A stretch of DNA of 64,000 bases, from the NCBI GenBank assembly GCA_030390025.1, contig CM059431.1, forward strand, positions 159,590,001-159,654,000. The letters are read 5' to 3'. Position numbers and translations under genes: made by a program. Source of the DNA: Squalus acanthias (Eukaryota). The notes beneath the pieces are model-generated. The model ran no database searches, was not told the DNA's origin, and saw only the letters and a program-made list of their open reading frames with translations. Below, one piece after another: positions 37,920 through 51,100 of the stretch. How positions within the stretch are numbered: the first letter of the stretch is position 1; each line of letters starts with the position of its first letter.

Positions 37920-38655
37920 AAACAGGCACAAACACACAAAAGAAACATACATGCACCCAAACACAAACACACGCAAGACCAACACCAAATCCACACAAAT
38001 CACGCATATACATATACACACACGCAACACATAAACCTCACATACACATTCATAGAAACATAGAAACTAGGAGCAGGAGTAGGCCATTCGAGCCTGCTCC
38101 ACCATTCAATACGATCATGGCTGATCATCCAAATCCAGTACCCTGTCCCTACTCTTTCACACAGAATCCCCATCGAGCCTGCACCGACACATATCCCACC
38201 CTGTCCCCGTAACCCCACATATTTAATTCCCCCTAACATATCCCATCCTATCCCCGTAACCCCACATATTTAATCCCCCCCTAACACTCAGGGTCAATTT
38301 ATCATAGCCAAATCAACCTAACCCGCACATTTTTGGACTGTGGGAGGAAACCGGAGCACCCGGAGGAAACCCACGCAGACACGGGGAGAATGTGCAAACT
38401 CCACACAGACAGTCACCCGAGGCCAGGTTCGAACCCGGGTCCTTGGCGCTGTGAGGCACCAGTGCTAACCACTAAACCACCGTGTTGCCCATTCAAAATA
38501 GACATATGCACACAACACCTTCATGACACACATACACACACAAAACAGAAGCACACACATTACACAGAAGACACAACAAACAGACGTATACAAACACCCA
38601 CACATACAAATACACATACACCTAAACACACACAAACACATACACCCACACATTC
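37920..38655. repeat. Degenerate (CA)n tract interrupted by a CR1 tail (38050-38160) and a SINE
   Basis: CA-rich sequence at 37920-38050 and 38500-38655 on either side of the insertions. Confidence 0.8.
38285..38490 (-). mobile_element. V-SINE (HE1-like)
   Basis: ggaaaccggagcacccggaggaaacccacgcagacacggggagaatgtgcaaactccacacaga V-domain, with tRNA head ttcgaacccggg...ctaaccact. Confidence 0.85.
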
Positions 38656-39465
38656 ATCTTATTCCTGCACGCACTTTTCCCCGTTTCACCATGACAAACA
38701 TTTAGAATAGGAAATGCCACCTTCAAAAAAATCACTAATGCATTTATATTTCACACAGAGCGACAAAATTAATTTTATCCATGTAAGTCTGAAACACCAT
38801 TTCACATATTTCAAGGACCACAATTCAGCCAACGCCATTCACGTGTGCATCGTGCTGTCCTTACAGTCAATCAAACATTTGTACACGTTTGTGGCAAATT
38901 GTACATTCGTTCTACAGTCCTGCTAGTCATTTTGCAGAATTTTTTACACGGGGTGTGGAAGGATGTTACATAGAACTAAATAGCCATTACTGCAGAGAAA
39001 CAGGCCGTTCGGTCCAAACAGTGCGTGTTGGTGTTTATTTTCCACACGAGTGATGGTCCTCATCCCATGAACCCGCCCCGTTCCCAAATCTTTTTAAGCC
39101 TTCAACCACATATGTAACGTATTCTTAAATGTTGACGTGCTCTCTGCTTCAATCGTTAACTTTCATAGTGCATTGCACAGCCTCACATCCCTCTGTGCAA
39201 ACAGAATCCTACACTCTATCCTAAATGTCTTACAGTTAATCTTATGCCTCTGCTGTCTTGTTCTAGAACCCCACCCCGAGTCACTGGGAGAATCTGATTC
39301 CACCCACTCTGTCCATTCCCAAAGCGTTTTATTCCTTCAACCAATTATCAAGTCTGACAAATCACCCTCTAATCTCCTCAGCTGAGGGGATCAGCCACCT
39401 GCTTGGGGTTAGTAAAAGTCCAGCCTCTAATATCCACATTTCCCTACCAACAATTATTTTTTTAC

Positions 39466-39509
39466 CCGAACCATTATTGGTACCTCAACATGTCATTATC
39501 AATGACCTC
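39466..39509 (-). other. Candidate 44-nt 5'UTR exon (copy A, diverged duplicate)
   Basis: tttgtgcag|GAGGTC...TTCGG|gtaaaa, with upstream donor CTG|gtaagg at 39588. Same 44-nt and 79-nt spacing as copy B. Confidence 0.4.
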
Positions 39510-39599
39510 CTGCACAAATGAATAACAATGGATCAGTTCTGCGACACTAAGATGATATAATTGTGCTCACTCTGTTGTGGGTCCTTACCAGAGAAACTC

Positions 39600-42500
39600 T
39601 ACCAAAATATTGGGGTACCACTAATACCGGAGGAGCACTTTGAACGCGAATGTAAGTCTAGGGTTCCACGAGTGCCAGAGGAGCACGGTCACCTGTAGTG
39701 TAACTGTAGGGGATCGCTTGTACTGGAACAGCTTGGTCACCTATAATGTACATTTAGGTTTACCACTAGAGCCGCTGGAGCACTATCACCTGTAGTTTAA
39801 GTGAATCTGTGCGTTCATACCGGAGGAGATGAACACCTCTAGTGTAAGTGAACGGTCCCACAATACTGAAGAAGATCGGTCACCTCTTGTGATAGTGTCG
39901 GGTACCACTGGTACTGGAGGAGCTTGGTCACCTGTAGTGTAAGTGTAGGGGGACCACTCTTACAAGAGGAGCTTGGTCCCCTGTAGTGTAAGTGTAGGGG
40001 GACTTCTCGTACAAGAGGAGCTTGGTCACCTGTAGTGTAAGTGTAGGCGGACTTCTCGTACAAGAGGAACTTGGTCTCCACTAGTATAAGTATAGTAGGA
40101 CCACTCGTAGAAGAGGAACTTGTTCACCAATAGTGTAAGTGAAGGGGTACCAACAGTAAAAGAGGAGCTTGGTCACCTCTAGTGCAAGTGTACGGTCCCT
40201 CTATACCGGAGGAGAACGTGCACCTTTTGTGATAGTGTCGGGTACCACTGGTACCGGAGGAGCTTGTTCACCTCCAGTGTGAGTGAAGGGGTGACACAAG
40301 TACAAGAGGAGCTTGGGCACCTCTAGTGTAAGTGTAGGGGGTCCACTCGTACAAGAGGATCTTGGTAACCTCTAGTGTAAGTGCAGGGGTCCACTCGTAC
40401 AAGTGGAGATTGGTCAGCGGTCGTGTAAGTGAAGTGGTATCAATAGTACAAGAGGAGCTTGGTCAACTCACGTATAAGTGTAGGTGTGCCACTAGTACAA
40501 GAGGTGTCTGTTCACCACTAGTGTAAATGTAGGGGGACCACTCGTACAAGAGGAGCTTTGACACAACAAGTGTAAGTGAAGGGGTACCAATAGTACAAGA
40601 GGAGCTTGTTCACCTCTAGTGTAAGTGAAGGGGGACCACTCGCACAAGAGGAGCTTGGTCACCTCTAGTGTAAGTGCAGGGGGACCACTATTACAAGAGG
40701 AGCTTGGTCAGCAGTAGGGTAAGTGTACTGACCCAAAATACCGGAGGAGAATGTACACCTCTTGTTATAGTGTCGGTACCACTGGTACCAGAGGAGCTTG
40801 TTCACCTCCAGTGTAAGTGAAGTGGTACCACTATTACAAGAGGAACTTGGTCACATCTGCTGTAAGTGTAGGGTGACCACTAGTACAAGAGATGCTTGGT
40901 CACCTCTATTGTAAGTGAAGGTGTATCAATAGCACAAGAGGAGCTTGATCACCTCTATTGTAAGTGTAGGGGGACCACACGTACAAGAGGAGCTTGGTCA
41001 TCACTAGTGTAAGTGAAGGGGTACCACTGCACAAGAGGAGCTTGGTCACCACTAGTGCAAGTGAAGGGTTACCACTAGTACAAGAGGAGCTTGATCAACT
41101 CTAGTGTAAGTGTAGGGGGACCACACGCACAAGAGGAGCTTGATCATCACTACTGTAAGTGATGAGGTGACAATAGTACTAGAGGAGCTTGGTCACCTCT
41201 AGTGTAAGTGTAATGGTGCCACTAGTACAAAAGGAGCTTGTTCACCTCTAGTGTAAGTGTAGGGGGACCACTCGCACAAGAGGAGCTTGGACACAACAAG
41301 TTTAAGTGAAGGGGTACCACTTGTACAAGAGGAGCTTGTTCACCTCTAGTGTAAGTGATGGTGTACCACTAGTACAAGAGGAGCTTGTGCACCTCTAGTG
41401 TAAGTGTAGTGGTGCCACTAGTACAAGAGGAGCTTGGACACCACTAGTGTAAGTGTAGGGGTGCCACTAGTACAAGAGGAGCTTGGACACCACTAGTGTA
41501 AGTATACGGACCCACAATACCGGATGAGAATGGACACTTCTTGTTATAGTGTCGGGTACCAGTGGTACCAGAGGAGCTTGTTCACCTCCAGTGTAAGTGA
41601 AGTGGTACCACTATTACAAGGGGAGCTTGATCACATCTGGTGTAAGTGTAGGGGGAACACTCGTACAAGAGAAGCTTGGTCACAACCAGTTTAAGTGTTG
41701 CGGAGGAATTTCAATGTAGTTTAAGTGAACCAGTGAGTTAATATCGGAGGAGACAGTCCATTCTAGTGTAAGTGTACGGGCCCAATATATCGGAGGAGAA
41801 CGGTCACCTCTTGTGATAGTGTCGGGTACCACTGGTACAAGAGGAGCTTGTTCACCTCTAGTGTAAGTGCAGGGGGACCACGCGTACAAGAGGAGCTTGG
41901 TCAGCAGTAGTGTAAGTGTACTGACCCAAAATACCGGAGGAGAATGTAGACCTCTTGTTATAGTGTCGGGTACCACTGGTACCAGAGGAGCTTGTTCACC
42001 TCCAGTGTAAGTGAAGTGGTACCACTATTACAAGAGGAACTTGGTCACACCTGCTGTAAGTGTAGGGTGACCACTAGTACAAGAGATGCTTGGTCACCTC
42101 TATTGTAAGTGAAGGTGTATCAATAGTACAAGAGGAGCTTGATCACCTCTATTGTAAGTGTAGGGGGACCACTGCACAAGGGGAGCTTGGTCACCACTAG
42201 TGCAAGTGAAGGGGTACCACTAGTACAAGAGGAGCTTGGTCATCACCTGTGTAAGTGAACGGGTATCACTAGTACAAGGGGAGCTCTGACACAACAAGTG
42301 TAAGTGAAGGGGTACCAATAGTACAAGAGGAGCTTGGTCACCTCTAGTGTAAGTGTAGGGGGACCACACGCACAAGAGGAGCTTGATCATCACTACTGTA
42401 AGTGATGAGGTGACAATAGTACTAGAGGAGCTTGGTCACCTCTAGTGTAAGTGTAATGGTGCCACTAGTACAAGGGGAGCTTGGTCACATCTGGTGTAAG

Positions 42501-44372
42501 TGTAGGGGGAACACTCGTACAAGAGAAGCTTGGTCACAACCAGTTTAAGTGTTGCGGAGGAATTTCAACTGTAGTTTAAGTGAACCAGTGAGTTAATATC
42601 GGAGGAGACAGTCCATTCTAGTGTAAGTGTACGGTCCCACTATATCGGAGGAGAATGTACACCTCTTGTTATAGTGTCGGGTACCACTGGTACCAGAGGA
42701 GCTTGTTCACCTCCAGTGTAAGTGTCGGGGGACCACACGCACAAGAGGAGCTTTGACACAACAAGTGTAAGTGAAGGGGTACCACTAGTACAAGAGGAGA
42801 CTGGTCACCTCTAGTGTAAGTGTAGGGGGACCACTCGCACAAGAGGAGCTTGGACACAACAAGTTTAAGTGAAGGGGTACCACTAGTACAAGAGGAGCTT
42901 GTGCACCTCTAGTGTAAGTGTAGTGGTGCCACTAGTACAAGAGGAGCTTGGACACCACTAGTGTAAGTGTAGGGGTGCCACTAGTACAAGAGGACCTTGG
43001 ACACCTCTAGTGTAAGTATACGGACCCACAATACCGGACGAGAATGGACACCTCTTGTTATAGTGTCGGGTACCAGTGGTACCAGAGGAGCTTGTTCACC
43101 TCCAGTGTAAGTGAAGTGGTACCACTATTACAAGGGGAGCTTGATCACATCTGGTGTAAGTGTAGGGGGAACACTCGTACAAGAGAAGCTTGCTCACAAC
43201 CAGTTTAAGTGTTGCGGAGGAATTTCAATGTAGTTTAAGTGAACCAGTGAGTTAATATCGGAGGAGACAGTCCATTCTAGTTTAAGTGTACTGACCCAAA
43301 ATACCGGAGGAGAATGTACACCTCTTGTTATAGTGTCGGTACCACTGGTACCAGAGGAGCTTGTTCACCTCCAGTGTAAGTGAAGTGGTACCACTATTAC
43401 AAGGGGAGCTTGATCACATCTGGTGTAAGTGTAGGGGGAACACTCGTACAAGAGAAGCTTGCTCACAACCAGTTTAAGTGTTGCGGAGGAATTTCAATGT
43501 AGTTTAAGTGAACCAGTGAGTTAATATCGGAGGAGACAGTCCATTCTAGTTTAAGTGTACTGACCCAAAATACCGGAGGAGAATGTACACCTCTTGTTAT
43601 AGTGTCGGTACCACTGGTACCAGAGGAGCTTGTTCACCTCCAGTGTAAGTGAAGTGGTACCACTATTACAAGAGGAACTTGGTCACATCTGCTGTAAGTG
43701 TAGGGTGACCACTAGTACAAGAGATGCTTGGTCACCTCTATTGTAAGTGAAGGTGTATCAATAATACAAGAGGAGCGTGTCAACTCTATTGTAAGTGTAG
43801 GGGGACCACACGTACAAGAGGAGCTTGGTCATCACTAGTGTAAGTGAAGGGGAACCACTAGTACAAGAGGAGCTTGGTCACCACTAGTGTAAGTGTAGGG
43901 GTGCCACTAGTACAAGAGGAGCTTGGACACCACTAGTGTAAGTATACGGACCCACAATACCGGACGAGAATGTACACCTCTTGTTATAGTGTCGGGTACC
44001 AGTGGTACCAGAGGAGCTTGTTCACCTCCAGTGTAAGTGAAGTGGTACCACTATTACAAGAGGAGCTTGTTCACCTCCAGTGTAAGTGTCGGGGGACCAC
44101 ACGCACAAGAGGAGCTTTGACACAACAAGTGTAAGTGAAGGGGTACCACTTGTACAAGAGGAGCCTGGTCACCTCTAGTGTAAGTGTAGGGGGACCACTC
44201 GCACAAGAGGAGCTTGGACACAACAAGTTTAAGTGAAGGGGTACCATTAGTACAAGAGGAGCTTGGTCATCACTAGTGCAAGTGAAGGGGTGCCACGAGT
44301 ATAAGAGGAGCTTGATCACCACTAGTGTAAGTGAAGGGGTACCACTAGTACAAGAGGAGCTTCGTCACCTTC
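39600..44372. repeat. Satellite array, about 49-bp unit (CACTAGTACAAGAGGAGCTTGGTCACCTCTAGTGTAAGTGTAGGGGTAC)
   Basis: Tandem units; TACAAG recurs at 39961, 40010 and 40059 (period 49). Edges are degenerate and variant blocks recur internally. Confidence 0.97.
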
Positions 44373-44439
44373 TTGTAAAAGGTCATAAAACGCAAGAGGA
44401 GCGGCTGAGAGGATATGTTGTATGGTGAGCAGACTTTGA

Positions 44440-44933
44440 TCTCTAAATGTTGCACCAATCCCGTTCGCTCATCACCCCTGTGCTTGCTGATCTGTATTGG
44501 CTCCCGGTGAAGCAGCGCCTCGATTTCAAAATTCTCATCCTTGTTTTCAAATCCCTCCATGGCCTCGCCCCTCCCTATCTCTGGAATTCTCCTTCAGCCC
44601 CACAACGCCCCCCAGATATCTGCGCTCCTCTAATTCTGCCCTCTTGAGCATCCCTGATTATAATCGCTCAACCTTTGGTGATCGTGCCTTCTGTTGCCGA
44701 GGCCCTAAGCTATGGAATTTCTTCTCTAGACCTCTCCGCCTCTCCACCTCTCTTTCCTCCTTTAAGACGCTCCTTAAAACCTACCTCTTTGAACAAGTTT
44801 TTGGTCACCTGCCCTAATTCATCCTTATGTGGATCGGTGTAAAATTTGTTGTCTTAAAATACTCCTGTGCAGCGCCTTGGGACGTATTACTACTTTAAAG
44901 GCGCTATTTAATATAAGTTGTTGTTGTTGTTGT
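44440..44933 (+). mobile_element. L2-clade LINE 3' end
   Basis: ITPVLADLYWLPVKQRLDFKILILVFKSLHGLAPPYL and FGDRAF...GPKLWN...SFKTLLKTYLF; aggcgctat tail and (ttg)n. Confidence 0.9.
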
Positions 44934-45083
44934 ATGTTCATAAGCGTTTCATTAAGTAGAAATGCATTTCAATACTGGTTACAAGAGCAGAGTGTTAGTG
45001 TTTGAGATTACATTTGTAAGTTTTATTCTATTAAATGGCTCTGCGGCAAGCAGTCAATTCCTAAAAAAAACATAATTTCTTAC

Positions 45084-45127
45084 CTGATCCATTGTTGATA
45101 CTTCATCTTTTCAATATCATTGACCTC
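45084..45127 (-). other. Candidate 44-nt 5'UTR exon (copy B) with upstream 79-nt intron and donor at 45206
   Basis: tttgtgcag|GAGGTC...GATCAG|gtaaga, with upstream donor CAAG|gtaagg. Paralogous to 39466-39509. Confidence 0.5.
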
Positions 45128-45206
45128 CTGCACAAATAAATGGCGATGGATCAGTTCAGCTACATTAAAACACTAAAATTGTGCTCAGTATATTCTGCGT
45201 CCTTAC

Positions 45207-45900
45207 CTTGTGATGCGGCTCCTGATTCTGGTTCCAGAGAGTCTGGGTAAGTTAACGTTGTGTGTTCTGCGGGTTAATGATTACACCCTGGGTAAAGATC
45301 AGTTACACAGCACATTCCTACACCCGACCTTCAGCCTGATCAGTACAATCTCTCCCCGCCCTGTTCTCTGGTGCTGGGCTCGATCAGAATCACACACGGT
45401 CTCATTCCGTTTGAATCCTTGTGATGAATTTAATCTTTTAACCAAAGTCATTAATTCTTGATGTGGTAACAATGACTGAAATTCCCACACAGCACTTCCA
45501 GCTGCGGTTCGGAAGACCCCGCAGAGAAATCGGATTCTGCAGCGGGAACCAGTCCCATGTCAAAAATTCGATTACATTGCTCACCATAAAACCTGTTCAT
45601 TATCAGATTAAAAAAAGGGCAAAGTTAGCAAGGGACGAAGATCGCTGTTAGTTTACTGGGATCAAATACCAGAGGGAAGGGCACAGTGAACGCTCGGAGT
45701 TAACACGTTAATGATTGGCATTACCTTCCCTTTCGATCATGAGCTGTTTCTTTGACCCGATTCTATCTCTGCCTACATTTAATTCATTCTGATCCCGGCT
45801 CTATCAATCTCGGCATTAGGCTTTTCACACCTGATCTGGATTGCCGTGGAGTTCTATAATTCCCGTCATATGATTGGTTACAGGTTATTTGCCACTGACG
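45207..45900 (-). promoter_or_regulatory. Candidate first exon and promoter region of the NLR gene
   Basis: Unique CpG-containing sequence upstream of the most 5' donor. Contains a GC box (GGGCGGGG, minus strand, 45354-45361), a kB-like GGGAATTTCA (45477-45486) and CCAAT on the minus strand near 45714 and 45873. Motif evidence only. Confidence 0.3.
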
Positions 45901-46261
45901 GTAATTTATTAGAAACGCAGCAAAGATTATAACATCCAAGAGATAGTCTCGAGGTAATAAGTTAAAGCCTGGGCCTCGATCATCATGATGTTCACTCCCA
46001 TGAGTATCAGGCTTCAGGTTTCACTGACAGAAAATGTGTGCGGTAAACAACGAACTCATTGTAAAATTGCCCAGTTGACTTTTATTGGTGTTGGTGTAAA
46101 TTCACCTTTTCATTTTATTCTTTAAAAAAAATATCGGACAGCGGATTCAATTCATTATGAGACTGAGAATCTCTGAAACTTAAATTATTTTCCAAATTAT
46201 CATTTGCTTTTAACACGAAATTTAAAACTTAGTCATTTTTCTCCCGACTCCTCCGTGTCCG

Positions 46262-46735
46262 ATTCCCCTTCCTCCTTCTTAAGTGTCATCCGTGGCTCAG
46301 TGGGCAGCGCTTTCTCCTCGGAGTCAGAAGGTTGTGGGGTCAAGTCCAACTCCATGAAACTTGAGCACAAAAATCTAGACTGGCACTTCAGTGCAGAGCT
46401 GAGGGAGCGCTGCACTGTATGGAAATGTCCGTCTTTCGGATGAGAGGTTAAACCGAGGCCCTGTCTGCTCTCTCAGATGAACGTAAAAGATCTCATGGCA
46501 CTATTTCGAAGAGGAGCAGTGGGGATATTCCCGGAGTACCGGCCACTATTTATCCTTCAATCAACATAACAAAAAAATCAGTTCTCTGTTCATTATCATA
46601 TTGCTGTTTGTGGGAGCTTGCTGTGCGCAAATTGGCTGACGCAATTCTTACAATACAACAGTGACAACATTGGCTGGAAAGCGCTTTGGGACGTCCCGAG
46701 GTCGTGAAAGGCGCTATATCAATGCAATTCTTTTT
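46262..46735 (+). mobile_element. tRNA-derived Deu-domain SINE (SacSINE1-like) with an L2-type tail
   Basis: A-box tggctcagtgg, B-box-like ggtcaagtcc, central ggatgagaggttaaaccgaggccc, tail aaggcgctatatcaatgcaa. Confidence 0.8.
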
Positions 46736-46904
46736 TTTCCTTCGGGCCGCTCCTTCCAGTGCTTCATGTCTGGTTCCCCAACTATGCTGCTCCTGAATTG
46801 TGATGTTTCCTTCCCTCTCCTCCTGCCACAATCCTAATTCTCCCCTTTGCCTTGCTTTCCTCCAGCACATTGCCTGATTCTGCCCCTGCCTTCCGGATCT
46901 TCAT

Positions 46905-47582
46905 ACATAGAAACATAGAAACATAGAAACATAGCAGCAGGAGTAGGCCATTCGGCCCTACCAGCCTGCTCCGCCATTCAATATCATCATGGCTGATCCT
47001 CTATCTCAATACCATAAATTCCCGCTCTCTCCCCATACCCCTTGATGCCTTTTGTGTCTAGAAATCTATCTATCTCCTTCTTAAATATATTCAGTGACTT
47101 GGCCTCCACAGCTTTCTGTGGTAGAGAATTCCACAGGTTCACCACCCTCTGAGTGAAGAAATTTCACCTCATCTCAGTCCTAAATGTCCTACCCCGTATC
47201 CTGAGACTGTGACCCCTCGTTCTAGACCCCCCAGCCAGGGGGAACATCCTCCCTGCATCCAGTCTGTCTAGAACTGTCAGAATGGTATACGTTTCAATTA
47301 GATCCCCTCTCATTCTTCTAAACTCCAGTGAATACAGGCCTAGTTGACCCAATCTCTCCTCATACGACAGTCCGACCATCCCAGGAATCAGTCTGGTGAA
47401 ACTTCGCTGCAATCCCTCTATGGCAAGTATATCCTTTCTTAGGTAAGGAGACCAAAACCGCACACAGTATTTCCAGGATGGTCTCATCAAGGCCCTGTAT
47501 AACTGTAGTAAGACATCCTAGCTCCTGTACTCAAATCCTCTTGCAATGAAAGCCAACATACCATTTGCCTTCCTAACTGCTT
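46905..47582 (-). mobile_element. CR1 3' fragment
   Basis: ORF 47164-47490; (catagaaa)n tail. Confidence 0.93.
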
Positions 47583-48109
47583 ACGATTCCCACTGGCAAT
47601 TCCCTTCCACCTCTTCTATGCCTGATGAACTTCCCTGCGCCATTCTCCATCCTGCTGCAAGCCTGATTCCACATCCATCACAAAGGATACATGAAAGTTA
47701 TTCAAACTACACCATCATCACACTAAATACGCGCATAATTCCCCATAACTTACAGAGCACATCTCATATTATCTTCATCGAATGCAGTTCCCAACTCGAG
47801 AAATGGTACCTACAAAACCGGACCGGCAGCCGCCTAATGTTTCTCTTCAATATTCCATTCTTTCTGATCACACTTCACCATATTGAAAACTGATCTATTG
47901 TTGATCACTCGACCCGTTTTTTTTATTGGTCATATCAATCTACCCCAAATATATATCTGTTGGCCTTTCTGACCCGCTGTAAACCTTGTGGTGAAGATGC
48001 TATTAGGATTGTGCTGAGAAGTTAATTGCAGGATTTTGACTCACCAACGATGAAGGGACCATGACATGTGTTATACTCAGGATGGCCTGTGACTTGCAGG
48101 GGGCATTGG

Positions 48110-51100
48110 AGCAGCTGGGAGCTCAGGGAAAGAAGCGCTGGCGAAGCGGGAGAAGCGGCTGTGACGTGTGGTCTCTGTGACGCATAAAGATTCTGAATCT
48201 GAAAATGTGACGTCAAAGGAGCGGTGGAGCCCGAAGAATTGCAGCTAAGTGATTAGTTTATTAATAATCAAGTCATGTATTTAATTTATTATCTAATTAA
48301 ATTCAGTGTTCAACTAATTAATCAGATCGAAGTGGTTAAAATTAACTAAGTAGAGGATACTAACATTAAAGGGTTACGAATTTCAGAAATTAAAATCTGA
48401 TATATAGAAATATACTATAGTAGCTTATATATAATAAATAGGAGTTGAGGAAATAATCAAATAAAGAAGTTACTAAACAAAGAAACAAGGCTAATTAGCT
48501 ACAAATTCAACTGAAATCAAGATAAATCTAAATATCTAAATATAATCTAGTAAATGTAATATATTTAGAACTAAAATAATACTGATAAATGAATAAAAAC
48601 TAGAAATGGTAGTGCAGGTTTTGTGTCGGGACTGTGATATGTGGACGGCGATACTGTCCCGGATCCTCGCCTGCAGTAAATGCCTTTGGCTCAGAGTCTT
48701 TGAGCTGGAGTGCGAGTTAGAGACACTCCGACATATAAGGGAGGGGGAGGAATTTTTGAATAGTTTTCTCCAGTGTGGAGGCACACCTCAGAGGAAAGCA
48801 CAGGTGCAGGAAGAGGAGAGTGTGACTGTTAGTCAGCAGGGTAAGGGGGCCCAAGGGCCAAGGGGAAATAGAGATGGAGATCCTGCAGACACCGGTCCTT
48901 GTCCAACATGTACAATATACTTGCTACCTGTGAGGATAAGGATACAGGCTGCGGGGTGGACTTCCAGAATGCAAACACTGGCACCGTAGAGCAGGATGAG
49001 CAGAATAAACCGTTTGCTGTAACAGGGTACTCGATCATTAGGGGGATACCTGCTAGCCTCTGCAGTCCCGCCGAGTGTCCAGAAGGGTGTGTTGGCTACT
49101 CGGTGCAAAGGTAAAGGTTATCTCGGAACAACTGGAGAGCAACTTGGAAAAGGAAGGACCAGATCCCCTTGTCGTGGTCCATGATCGTCATGTCTACTGG
49201 GGAATTTAAATTCAGTTAATTAAATAAAAAAGCTGCTATCAGTAATAGTGACCATTAAATTACCGGATTGTCGTAAAAACCCATTTGGTTCACTAATGTC
49301 CTTTAGGGAAGGAAATCTGCCGTCCTTACCTGGTCTGGCCTATTTGTGACTCCAGACCCAAAGCAACGTGATTGACTCTTAACTGCCCTCTGAAATATCC
49401 TAGCAAGCCACTCAGTTGGATCAAACCGCTGCAAAGAAGTATACTGACAACAAAACCGGACGGAACACCCGGCATTACCTTCACCACATGAACTGCAGCA
49501 GTTCAAGAAGGCAGCTTAGCAGCAGCTTCTCAAGGGCAACTAGGGATGGGCAATAAATGCTGACCTTGCTCGTGAACGAATTTAAAAAAATAGGGAAGAA
49601 AGGGTAAAGGTCCTGCTAAGAGAATATCAGAAGTTCGAAACTAAATTTAAAAAGCAGGAGCTCCCGGGTTGTTTATCGGGATTACTACCCGAGTCAAGTG
49701 CTAATTGGCATAGACCACATCTGGAGTATTGTGTACATTTTTGCACTCCTTACCTAAGGAAGGATATACTTGCTATAGAGGGAGTGCAACAAAGGATCAC
49801 CAGACAGATTCCTGGGATGGGGCGAATGTCCTTTGAGGAGAAATTGAATAGACTAGGCCTATATTCCCTAGAGTTTAGAAGAATGAGGTGATCTTATTGA
49901 AACATACAAAATTCTTACAGGGCTTGACAGGGTAGATGCAGGGAGGATGCTTCCCCTGGCTGGGGAGTCTAGAACCAGGGGTCACAGTCTCAGGATAAGG
50001 GGTCATTTAGGACTGAGATGAGGAGAAATTTCTTCACTCAGAGGGTGGTGAATCTTTGGCATTTTCTACCCCAGAGGGCTGTGGAGGCTCAGCCGTTGAG
50101 TATATTCAAGACTGAGATCGATAGATTTTTGGATATTAAGGGAATCAAGGGATACTGTGGTAGTGCAGGAAAATGGAGGTGATGCAGAAGATTAGCCATG
50201 ATCTAATGAATGGCAGACCAGGCTCGAGGGACCGAATGGCCTAGCTCCTACTCCTATTTCATATGTTCTTTTGTATAGGTAGATCAGGAAGACGAATGTG
50301 TATCAGAAAGACTGGTGTGGGATGCAGGGGTACCATTTCATGGAACTCTGGCATCGGCACTGGGGCAGGAAGAATCTGTTCTGATGTGACAGAAGACAAC
50401 TGAACTTGCATGCGACCAGTGTCCTAACACTGTCGATAGAATTTTAAACTACTAAGATGGAGGGAGGGATCTGATGAAAATAACATAAGTCTGAAGACAA
50501 AAGAAATAGGAGACGAGAGTAAAGGTCAGATCAAGGTAAGGAACAAGTTAACATAAACGGTCAGATAACAAATACAGTTATAAAGCATGAGTATTCATGA
50601 ACTGTTAAAATAAAGTAAAATGAACATCTGTTAAAGACGAACTGTGCAGCAATGTACACAGCATCAAATTAAAACGAGGAAACTGGAGGCAATAATCGGT
50701 AGCGAGGAACCAAATGTGGTAGGAATAACTGAAACGTCGCTGCATAAAGAGCAGGACTGTGAACTAAATATTACTGGCTGTAACATAAGCAGAACGGAAA
50801 GGGAAAAAAGAAGGGCATGGGGTAGCTGTAATAATTAGAAATAACATAATTGCAGTAGACACAATGGACGTAACTAACAGAAGATTAGAAAAAGAATCGT
50901 ATGGATTGAAATAAAAGACAAGAAGGGATCAATCACGCTAATAGGAGTTTTCTAAAAAACACCTAATAGTGGAAAGGAGTTTGAGGAAGAAATATGTAAA
51001 CAAATATGTGAACTGAGTAAAGGACATAGAATAATAATCATTGGATATTTTGACTATGCCCAATAAACTGGCAATAAGAGATAGTGAAAGGTGTACAGGC

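Noticed and set aside
38333..38710. His/Thr-rich and Cys/Val-rich ORFs
   Set aside because: Translations of a SINE plus a (CA)n tract.
39600..44372. CRISPR-like regularly spaced, partly palindromic repeats
   Set aside because: Units are contiguous tandem monomers with no unique spacers, there are no cas genes, and the context is a vertebrate genome.
46262..46345. tRNA gene
   Set aside because: The A/B boxes belong to a SINE head followed by a SINE body and tail; no intact cloverleaf. The same applies at 23970 and 38420-38490.
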